64,000 nt of DNA from Obrimoposthia wandeli. Lineage: Eukaryota. The notes beneath the pieces are model-generated. The model searched no databases, was not told the origin of the DNA, and saw only the letters and a program-made list of their open reading frames with translations. The stretch lies in contig CDROCS010000586.1 of the NCBI GenBank assembly GCA_977020255.1, positions 124,001-188,000 of the forward strand, in the 5' to 3' direction. Shown piece by piece: positions 53,880 to 63,400 of this stretch. A program made the translations under genes and the position numbers. Position 1 is the stretch's first letter. Each line of letters begins with the position of its first letter.

Positions 53880-54700
53880 GAGAAATAAGGAAATCATAAG
53901 AACTAAGTTGGCATTAGCTATTACGAATCCAGACATGGTGGCACCACTATTGCTTCTAGACGAAGAAATATTTGCTAAATCAATGGGATAAGTAATGTAT
54001 ACGTACAGGGATAAAAAAGTACTGGTAAAATTGAGAGAAACAACTCGATGTACAAGTGAATTACCAGTAACATATAACTTAAAACCACTTTTTGTAGAAC
54101 CAATATCAAGGATGATACTTCCTATTGACACTCCATCTAAGGAGATAAGTTGCTCTAATATAATGGCACCTGAATATAGATTATTGAGAGACTTATGGAT
54201 AATATTACCTGACCGTAAGCGAACAGGAACTCCAGAGAGAATAAAAATGACGACACCCTAAGAAAAATGGAGTTCAAAGCTGTAACGAATATTGAAAGTG
54301 CAGGTTTATATAATTAGAAAAATCTAAAAGCGGCCTGGAATGAAATAATGTTTCCAGTAAGAAGGGCCAGAGTACTAACGGAAATGGTACATCGTGCATT
54401 ACCACCAAGAGCTACATATGCGAATTTTGATATGATATTGTCGGCAAGTCATTTCAAGGAAGTGGCACATCAGACACTTAGGAAAATGTGGGGAAAATTC
54501 TTTGTATTAAGACAATTTTTAAAGTATAATAGGAATTTTTGATATAATTATATTTGTACAGGTAATTATAGCTCAGGTGTTGTCCACATATAGTTTGTAC
54601 AGGATAACTGGAATCACCTGGCAGCTTATAATTGGATATTTTTTCTATTTCTAGCAAAATATCTAATGCACCATCGTCACGAAAATGAATTGCGAGCTCT
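53880..54700 (+). pseudogene. env: C-terminal half of a chuvirus-like (class III, gB-like) envelope glycoprotein
   Basis: KLALAITNPD...G*VMY...VKLRETTRCTSELPVTYN...FVEPISRMI...EISCS..APEY...IMFPVRRARVL...MWGKF, then hydrophobic IGIFDIIIFVQVIIAQVLSTYSLYRITGITWQL. Motif order matches chuvirus-type G from memory; stops and frameshifts present. Confidence 0.7.
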
Positions 54701-55033
54701 CAAGAAGGAGCAACATCAAACTAGAACTAGAACCGTCGAGACGACAATGACGACGATAATGATAGTTTGGGAGACTATGCGAAGATACCAAAAACAGGGC
54801 ATCCAAAAATTCCACTGTAAAACAAGGAAGAACCAGTACCAAATCTTTATCCAATGAAGAAACTAAAGGAAGAAAAAGAAAAGTTCAAAAGAGGAATTTT
54901 AATGATAAGATGGCCTAGAGTGAACTATAATAAGCTTCTATAGGAAAAAGAGAAAAAAGATAATTCCAGAAGAATTCTGAAGTCTAGGATATCTAATGAG
55001 AATCCGAATGCTCCACCACAAGTAGCAGTAACA

Positions 55034-55330
55034 ATGAACGGAAGAGAATATATTTCCGAGGTCGATACTGGATCTGCAGTATCAGTACTGAGTAAAGAAA
55101 TCTTGTCATCAAAAGAACTAGAAAAAGTGTGTCATAGGAAAAAAACATTTGTCAACGTAAATAGAACATATGTAGTATCAGAAGGAATACTGAAATGTAA
55201 ATTAACTATTGATGGAAGAGAACTGCTGCTAAATGCAAGAATATTCACCTATTGTGGTAGTCCAGTCATGATTGGAATGGATGTGATACGAATGTTCGAA
55301 GGAATAATAATATTAATAAACAACAAGAGT
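55034..55330 (+). pseudogene. Retropepsin (A2 aspartic protease) of element H
   Basis: VTMNGREYISEVDTGSAVSVLS and VMIGMDVI motifs. Confidence 0.85.
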
Positions 55331-56619
55331 ACTAAGAACAACAATTCAGTGAGAGAGATAAAGATGCTGGGAAGACCTATGAATGAAGGAAAAGACATAA
55401 CTAGTTTCAAGATAGAAAACTCGTACCGAAACAAGACATAGGAAGTGCTAGTGAATTCGATACTTCACTACAAAGGAGTAAATAGCGGACACAAGTGATC
55501 TTTATTGATTGCTTCTTTTTAGAGAGGTTGGATAAAAGGAAGAGAGAAACTAGTCCACAGAAAAGGAAAATTACTCAGTTGTTGTTGGTTGTAAAATCGT
55601 CAAGCGTGAAAAGAATCCCAGTCGACACAAATATTCAGAAGTAAATCTAGGTAAGAACCCCTTAGTTAAGTAGCGTCTATTTAATGTCTACTTTCTAAAA
55701 AAATTAGAGAAGAAGAAAAGGTGGTGAATTATCTATTATCGAGAAAATCGTATAAAAGGAAAATTATACAAGAAGAAATTGACTGACTCTTTCTAGGAAA
55801 TTATAGAAGAAAATTGCTTGACTCTAAAATTCGAAACAAGCAAACATCTCTCTAAAAAGGTAAGCAAAGGACGCAAACCAAAACCACTAAAATAATCAAG
55901 AAACTTTCACAGAATACTCATTGCGACAGAAGGCAATCGGATCGGCCAAATTTGAGGAGGAGTCGTGACAAGGATATCTAGACGCCGGAATCTCAACGGA
56001 AGAGAATCCTGGACTCTGTAGACCTACCGGAAAGTTAATCATCATATTTAGAGAGATGTGAGTTGTTGTGGAAAAGATATCTTTAGAATTGTTGTTCACA
56101 CAAGTGATTTGTAATTTTTATCATTTTGTTGGGGTTTCTATACGAAACTTGGTACAGATCCTCTTGAGTGCGGAGGGCCCCAACGTGAGTTCGATTAGAA
56201 GCAGGTCTTAAAGTTGGTCGTGGCCTACTTAGTGTTATGGTTGCCTATCTCTTGTACTATCTGAAGGTATTTGATTTGATGTCTCTTATTCTGAAGGGTG
56301 CAAAAACAACTTGTTCTAATGTAGGAAATTGTTTATTTGTAATTCACGAAACTAAAACACAACAATACGTTTATGTACGTATTTTCTAAAAAGTATAGTA
56401 AAAATTCCTAAGACTTCTGTAAGTCTCTACAACAAGTGGGGATGAACCACGTATCGATTTTATGTTAAGGGTGATCGAGTTTTTAGAGTCGTTCCTCTAA
56501 CTCGCGAATAAGCTCAAGTTATAGATTTTCAAATTACTGTGACTTTTATGTCAAACTCTAACTTTAATTCCCAATTTAACTTTAATGGTAAACTTTTATC
56601 TTTATACCAAAACTATGGC

Positions 56620-57365
56620 AATTTAGACAAAACTTCTCTTCAAACTTTTATGGCAATTTAGACAAAAACTTCTCTTCAAACTTTTATGGCAATTTAGACA
56701 AAAACTTCTCTTCAAACTTTTATGGCAATTTAGACAAAAACTTCTCTTCAAACTTTTATGGCAATTTAGACAAAAACTTCTCTTCAAACTTTTATGGCAA
56801 TTTAGACAAAAACTTCTCTTCAAACTTTTATGGCAATTTAGACAAAAACTTCTCTTCAAACTTTTATGGCAATTTAGACAAAAACTTCTCTTCAAACTTT
56901 TATGGCAATTTTAGACAAAACTTCTCTTCAAACTTTTATGGCAATTTAGACAAAAACTTCTCTTCAAACTTTTATGTCAATTTAGACAAAACTTCTCTTC
57001 AAACTTTTATGGCAATTTAGACAAAAACTTCTCTTCAAACTTTTATGTCAATTTAGACAAAACTTCTCTTCAAACTTTTATGGCAATTTAGACAAAAACT
57101 TCTCTTCAAACTTTTATGGCAATTTAGACAAAAACTTCTCTTCAAACTTTTATGGCAATTTAGACAAAAACTTCTCTTCAAACTTTTATGGCAATTTAGA
57201 CAAAAACTTCTCTTCAAACTTTTATGTCAATTTAGACAAAACTTCTCTTCAAACTTTTATGGCAATTTAGACAAAAACTTCTCTTCAAACTTTTATGGCA
57301 ATTTAGACAAAAACTTCTCTTCAAACTTTTATGGCAATTTAGACAAAAACTTCTCTTCAAACTTT
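56620..57365. repeat. 35/36-bp tandem array (~21 copies) inside the 3' LTR
   Basis: Unit TTTAGACAAAA(A)CTTCTCTTCAAACTTTTATG(G/T)CAA. Confidence 0.95.
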
Positions 57366-57366
57366 A

Positions 57367-57620
57367 TGACAACTTTAGGACAATTTAGACAATTTTAGTG
57401 TCAAACTTTATGACAACTTTAGGACAATTTAGACAATTTTAGTGTCAAACTTTATGACAACTTTAGGACAATTTAGACAATTTTAGTGTCAAACTTTATG
57501 ACAACTTTAGGACAATTTAGACAATTTTAGTGTCAAACTTTATGACAACTTTAGGACAATTTAGACAATTTTAGTGTCAAACTTTATGACAACTTTAGGA
57601 CAATTGAGACAAATTTTAGT
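57367..57620. repeat. 44-bp tandem array (~5.6 copies) inside the 3' LTR
   Basis: TGACAACTTTAGGACAATTTAGACAATTTTAGTGTCAAACTTTA at 57367, 57411, 57455, 57499, 57543, 57587. Confidence 0.95.
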
Positions 57621-58755
57621 AATCTCTCTTACGTTTTTTGTCTCGAGGTTGAGATATCCTGAAGCGTTCCGGAATATACTGAGATCGAACACAAAAACCG
57701 ATCGGCTGACTGAATTTGAATTGCCGAATGAAAATTCGCTGATATAGTGCTGACTGGAACAACAATTGAACTGGTTCACAAGCTCTGCTCCGTGATAGAT
57801 CGAGTTCGGTTGAATAGAATCGATTTGTATGTCGCTGTTACGACGTTGCCCAAATCCGTGATAGATTGATCTTTAAGTCTTGTGTGACGAAACGTGAGAA
57901 TTTCCCAATCAGTTAGTTTGCTAAATCAATAATTAAATCTCCAAGTCTATCACAAAACCACCTGGTTGCTGCTAGGGACAATGTTGGTTTTCCTTGGTTT
58001 TTTGTGGTCTATTTCTCGGTAGATTGGGATATTGCTTTTTCCGGTTGTGTATTTCGTTTTCTTGTCGACGACTTTTATAGTCGATTCTGCAACTCCTGTC
58101 TGTCAGTCAGCAATGTCGACAGCGGTTTCAACTGGAGTCTTTTGCGGCAGCTGAAAATTAAGTTTAAACACTCCAATTTAACTGCACGAAAATGTGCTTA
58201 CCTTGATTGACGTTCGATTTTGATTGACGTTCGATATTGTTCCCTTTTTTCTTCTTTGCTTAGTTAATGTGTCTTTTTGTTGCACTTTTGGGTTAATTAA
58301 TCTAACTTTTATACATTTCACATTATACACGACCTTCGTGGTCCTCCTAATTTTTACCCTAAATTCCACTAATTTCAATTCTAAAACTAAAATTAATATT
58401 TAATTTAATTTTCAACCTTGCCCTCAAGGATTTTCATTTTAGTATTTAATCGACTAAAATATTTAAATTTCTTAATTCTCAAACCTAACATACCTCGGGG
58501 GTTCCAAAAAAGTTACGTCCCCGGAACGTATCGATTTTACTTAAACAAGCCTCTGGCTGTTGATTTTAGGTTCATCCCTACAAAATCAATCATTCAACTT
58601 CAACAAACATGCCCAAAACAAAATTTCTCAAAATCCCGGTTTTTAGTGGGAAACATAATGTATAATTTGGAGCAAGTCTCAGACTATACATTATTATCTA
58701 TACACAAAACTACATGCATAACCAAGGATTAGGAAGGAAAGAAGGGAGGAAAGGG

Positions 58756-59286
58756 TCAATTGTCATAAGTTAGGTCAATTGTAATTGTCGGCTGGTTCCG
58801 ACTGGCCAGGTAGCGCAGAACCTGCTCCAGGGGTAGGTCGGGAAAGGACGGACTGTCCCCGTTGTACAGGTGTAGTTGTTGGCTCCGGGTTAGGTGTGGG
58901 CTCTCGACAAACAGGTCGAAATACTGCCCGTTCATCGCGTGATTTTCTATCCAGAGACGTCTGGCCTGGAACCACGAGTGGCAGTCTCGACTAGACCGCC
59001 ATCTCTCGCGGATGCCCAGTTGTGTGTCGCGCCGGCGTGCGAGACATACGTAGCATTGGCAATGTATGCCACCAATGCAGCTGGCAGGCGATCGGGTGCC
59101 CTTGTGCCTTCCACGGCTCTGGAGCGTCCATTTGCCAAAGGGTGTCCGGCACAGTGGACATGTGATATGGCCGGGGGGTCGAGCCTTGGCCCACAAATAG
59201 AGGCACTCCTCGTGGAATTTGTGACGGCAGCCGACAGGGGATGCTGATACCGCCCAAATCTTCTCCATGCATACAGAGCACTTCAT
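58756..59286 (-). CDS. RING-H2 E3 ligase-like ORF C (RING + C-x5-CxC-x2-C + C-terminal SIM-like ITIDLT)
   Basis: CSVC-x13-CRHKFHEEC-LYLW...CPLC; acceptor ttattttcttatgcag directly abuts the ATG at 59286. Confidence 0.88.
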   Translation of the reverse strand: MKCSVCMEKIWAVSASPVGCRHKFHEECLYLWAKARPPGHITCPLCRTPFGKWTLQSRGRHKGTRSPASCIGGIHCQCYVCLARRRDTQLGIRERWRSSRDCHSWFQARRLWIENHAMNGQYFDLFVESPHLTRSQQLHLYNGDSPSFPDLPLEQVLRYLASRNQPTITIDLTYDN

Positions 59287-59626
59287 CTGCATAAGAAAAT
59301 AACTCCTTTCAATTTGGGGTTCACCGTTCTCATCGTTAATTTAAATTTTATTTCAAAACGAATCCTTAGTTATCTAATCCTACCGAGTTTTGTTTCGATT
59401 TTAGGCATGTTTACGCATTCACACTAAGCATAAAAAATTGTCTTTTTAGAAATTCAGTATAATAATTACAATTTCAGTTAAACATCATACATAAAAATGG
59501 TAATGGTCAATTTACAGTTCACAAGATTATATAATTATGATTACAATTATGGTAGCTAATTTATCGCGGTATGCGATACACAGGGTAGTTCATGATGTCA
59601 CGTTCAAGTCAGAAAGTTACCTTCGA

Positions 59627-59932
59627 TTATTGTTGGGAATTGGGCTGGCCTGTGCTTCGCTCCTCCACGCAGAACGAGCACCAGCAATCGCAGATGGTTT
59701 TCCAGCAGTGTACGATGGGTACCACTGCTTGGAGGCTGTCTTGGTTGTACACGTAGTGTACTGAGAAGGTCGCTCTGCACATCGGGCAGGTTGGGAAGTC
59801 GAGGGGATTGTTGCTGTTTGCGATGGGGATCCACGTCTCGAGGCATTCGACGTGGAAAAGGTGGTCGCAGTTGTTGGGCTTGGTGTAGAAGTCCACGATG
59901 CCCTCGTAGCAGATGGAACATTCTCCAGACAT
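59627..59932 (-). CDS. RING-H2 E3 ligase-like ORF B (RING + C-x6-CWC-x2-C)
   Basis: CSIC-x13-CDHLFHVEC-LETW...CPMC; acceptor ccctcccacag 2 nt before the ATG. Confidence 0.88.
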   Translation of the reverse strand: MSGECSICYEGIVDFYTKPNNCDHLFHVECLETWIPIANSNNPLDFPTCPMCRATFSVHYVYNQDSLQAVVPIVHCWKTICDCWCSFCVEERSTGQPNSQQ

Positions 59933-59992
59933 TACTGTGGGAGGGTTGATGTTGAATTTGGGCTCGATTGAGGACTGGTGGTTGTGTGATGT

Positions 59993-60292
59993 TTACACAA
60001 AAGTGGTCTGATTTTGTCGATCTGACAAACAGTAATAACACCAACACTCTCCGAAATTCTTCCAACAGAATACCACCTGTACATATACATCTTCTTGGTT
60101 GGTTTCTAACATGATGAATCTTGCGAATTGTCTTCTGCATACAGGGCAACAAGGGTATGTTGGATGTCCGAACTGTCCATAAGTTCTGATCCATGTCGAT
60201 AAACATTCCTCGTGGTGTAAATGGTTGCAGGTTTCGGGTCTTGTTCTTCGTTCGGTTAGATCTTCCAAACATATTGGGCATTCTTCGGACAT
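59993..60292 (-). CDS. RING-H2 E3 ligase-like ORF A (RING + C-x6-CWC-x2-C)
   Basis: MSEECPIC-x13-CNHLHHEEC-LSTW...CPVC; acceptor tgtatttag 1 nt before the ATG at 60292. Confidence 0.88.
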   Translation of the reverse strand: MSEECPICLEDLTERRTRPETCNHLHHEECLSTWIRTYGQFGHPTYPCCPVCRRQFARFIMLETNQEDVYVQVVFCWKNFGECWCYYCLSDRQNQTTFV

Positions 60293-60415
60293 TCTAAATA
60301 CATGATGATGATTAATTTCTACATGAGTTTTATATATTTCTACTATTTGTACAATCACTTCTAGATATTTCTACATATTTCACACACTAATTTATCTACA
60401 ACCTCCTCTGACTCA

Positions 60416-63400
60416 TCATATCTTGATGGGAGGCGGAGGTAAGGGTCGCAATTCCACTTCCTCCATGGTGGGTGTGTCACAGCATCGCAATCCTTCGCAT
60501 TTTCGTCGTATTCCTGGGCATACTTGACTGCCTTTTACGCACACGATTGTCAATAAAACCACTGCTGTTGACACTACGGCCATTCCAATTAGGGCATTGA
60601 CCGCTGTTATTCCGCTGTCTGATGATTTATAATCGTACTTCATTTTGTTGTTTGTCGGTTCGAATGACATTTCCATGGGTTTTGATCGGTTTCCATGTAT
60701 TATGTCCGATTTTCTAAAAATTCGGGGATTTGGGTGTTTTGTTTCTGATGGAACAGGTATTATTATTTTGGATTGGAAATGATGTTTGGGATCTAGTGGG
60801 ATCGTTCCCTGCACTCTTGTCCTCTTATTAATTGTACTTTTGTTTCTGGGATTTAGCTCTTTTTCTTTCGCTTCTGTCTTTGTTCTGATCACTGTCTGGT
60901 TTTTGGAATGGCGTTTACTTTCGATTACCTTTGCCTTCTTTTTGACTAGGATTGGTCTTTTGGGAATGATTTTCCTGGGTTTGATACTTATACCGGATTT
61001 ACGAAATCGACGGTTCTGGTATCTTAGAGTTATGTAGAATATTTCACCTGTTATTATCATGATTATGGTCGAGGTCTCTGTAGTATTACTGGCAATTCGA
61101 TTACACAGACATTCTGTGTTAAAATGTGGTACTAACATTTGGCTTTGGATTTCGAATCTGATTCCGCCATCTGGGTTGGGACACATTACTGTCACCCTGT
61201 CAGTTTCTAACAATCTGAAAAATATTCTAACGGAATTCCATACGGTTTTACGTCGTCTGCCTGTGATCATAATCCTGTCGACAATTTTCCAGATGCGCTC
61301 ATCTCTAGGCAATATTAATGACTTTGTTCGGATACTTTGGATAATCCGCTTCCTCTTTGATATTGTTATCCGTAGGTATAACACTCTTTCATGATACAAT
61401 AATATTAAATTGTAAACGGGTGTATTTTGGTCGATTTTTATTCTGACCTGTCGGATGACATACAATTTCTGATCGATATTGTCAGTTGCTGACGTCTGTA
61501 GATGAATGTCTACTACGTGATTTGTTTTTAGTAGGGGGATTTCTATGTATACTGCCCGTATTACGTCTTGTCTCCATTTACTGATCATGATCTCATAACT
61601 AGCCTTGGTAGTGGTGATTTGTATGATCAGCATGATTCCTATGATCGTTCGATTCCTAAACTCAGGAACTTCAATGAAACAAGTCAAATTACTCATATAG
61701 TACGGTCTTTCCTCGATGTGTTCATATATCGTTGGCTGGTATTCTGGTGCTGGTTCATCTAGAAATGGTGGACTTGGTATAATTGTGTTGAAATTTTGTA
61801 AGTTCATTTGACCTGTTCGTCTTGCGAGATCATGCCGTTTCTTTTTTGATCTCAACTCTAACTTTGTACAACAAAACAAGATGAGCAATATTAATATTAT
61901 AAATCCAATGATCAGTGCGAGTATTGGATTAACCAATTCTAGAATACCGTAACGTACTGCTGGTATTCCTTTACTCTTGATGGTTAATATTTTAAATTTG
62001 TGTGCACTTTGGTTGGACATGTCACTGAGAAGCACTATTTTAGTTTGTCCAAATATGTAGTCTTCACATGTGACAACACTAACTCCATAATGTCCATTAA
62101 GTGTTATCATTTCGGTCGCTGGGACTATACACATTCGTCCTGGACATCCTTTTACACACATGATCATCACGGCTCTACTGTGGGATGTCTTGATTATTTC
62201 TAGGGTGTTGTCTAGATTTCTCAAATGTAAATTATATTCGGATAGTGTCATCAATTCGGCTTTACTGGTTGGCATGGCTTGCAGTACCAATCCAATTACT
62301 ACTCCATAGATCAATCCTTGTACAACGGTGCACAGGGCCTTGACCGACCTTTTGCAAAGGGTTTTAATTATCAATCGTTTGAGAGATATCTGTTTCTGAT
62401 TGGATCGTTTTGTTGTCTGTCGTTGTTTTGACATCTCCTCGATTCCATCTCTTCCGATAATCAACTGTACCGGTTTACCTTGTATCATCAACTTTCCGAA
62501 TCCATTTTTGGCGGACAAGCATGTTTTATGTCCTTCCATCGTTTCAATTATCACTCTCTTACTTCCATACTCACGTGTTTTGATGACATCGCCGTCGAAT
62601 ATATACGTTGGTCCTTTTGTATCAGCATCTTTTTGTATTTCCTTTACAACTCGTTTTCTTCGCTTGCATCCGGCGAATGTTGTTGATATTTGGTCAAGTG
62701 TGCGTTGTCGGTCAGCTTCGTAATCTATCCGAAATTGATTCAGTATTCTGTTTTGTGGGTAAAATATCGCTTCATTTACTATGTTGTCTTCGATCCTTTC
62801 GTCTAGATACACAAGCACTTTGTTCGTTGGTCCATTTGGTCTTTTCATCTTTACAAACTGAAATCTTTTACTGTCGGTTCTCATAGATCGAAGACATTTT
62901 CGGATGATCCACACATCAATTAGTCCTAACAATACTAATAACATCATCAGTGCCGGCGTATGGTACTGTATGGTGTAGTTGTGGATTTCGTTGAACCAGG
63001 AACTATTTCCGTGGTTGGAGCCTATCTCCTGTGCTCCCGTTATCGGCATTAAACAACTTAACAAGCCTATCGCTAGCAATCTTTGGTATTGAAAGCTGGG
63101 CACTGTTGTTGTAGCTTCATTTGTTTCTCGTTGTTGTTTCCTCTTTTCGGTGTATTTCTCTATTTCTCGAACGAGTAACGGTTTGAATTCCGTATTTGGT
63201 CTATTCTGTTTGATGTAGACCATCGCTTCCTCTGGCGTGTGACCATGGTACTCTACCAACAAGGATACACCTATGGTAGGCGCTAACATTGTACCTTTTT
63301 TCTGATATATCAGAACGCCGTTTCCTTCTGTGACTTCGGCTTGGATGGTTTGAGTCAATTTCGTCAGATGTTGTTGTGCATCGTTTATTTCTCGATTGGA

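Larger units (their letters stand above)
51099..53880 (+). pseudogene. gag: Retrotransposon gag of element H (51099-51513 + 53470-~53880), split by a solo LTR
   Basis: IAKFKGDEES../DFLAEYSSCADVQG*NEREK...LTGLALKVY...ED*ETL and RKAREIE follow the Ty3/gypsy capsid pattern; stops fall at expected Trp positions. Confidence 0.75.
56127..58490 (-). mobile_element. 3' LTR (2364 bp) of a large - strand LTR retroelement (element G) continuing beyond the window
   Basis: Same termini as the solo LTR, with no TSD (flanks ATTT / TACC). Orientation is fixed by homology to the PBS-adjacent LTR end at 50372 and by AATAAA (-) at 56332-37. Confidence 0.88.

Noticed and set aside
56623-56895. ORF of KRSFCLNCHKSL repeats with CxxC look; also ESDLIRELP repeat ORFs at 52592-52946
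   Set aside because: Translation artefacts of 36-bp and 45-bp LTR arrays; the frame breaks at 35-bp and 44-bp units.
56620-57620. CRISPR-like regular repeats (also 13830-14319 and 52158-52915)
   Set aside because: Head-to-tail tandem units with no unique spacers, eukaryotic context, no cas genes.
56127-58490. Reading this LTR as a + strand 5' LTR with an antisense gene cassette
   Set aside because: No TGG-type PBS follows 58490. The homologous LTR end at 50372 is the PBS-adjacent end, and AATAAA is on the - strand, so the LTR is co-oriented with the ORFs.
59604-60281. 225-aa - strand ORF overlapping RING A and B, plus + strand ORFs across 58785-62886
   Set aside because: Alternative or antisense frames of real ORFs in stop-poor sequence; no recognisable motifs.
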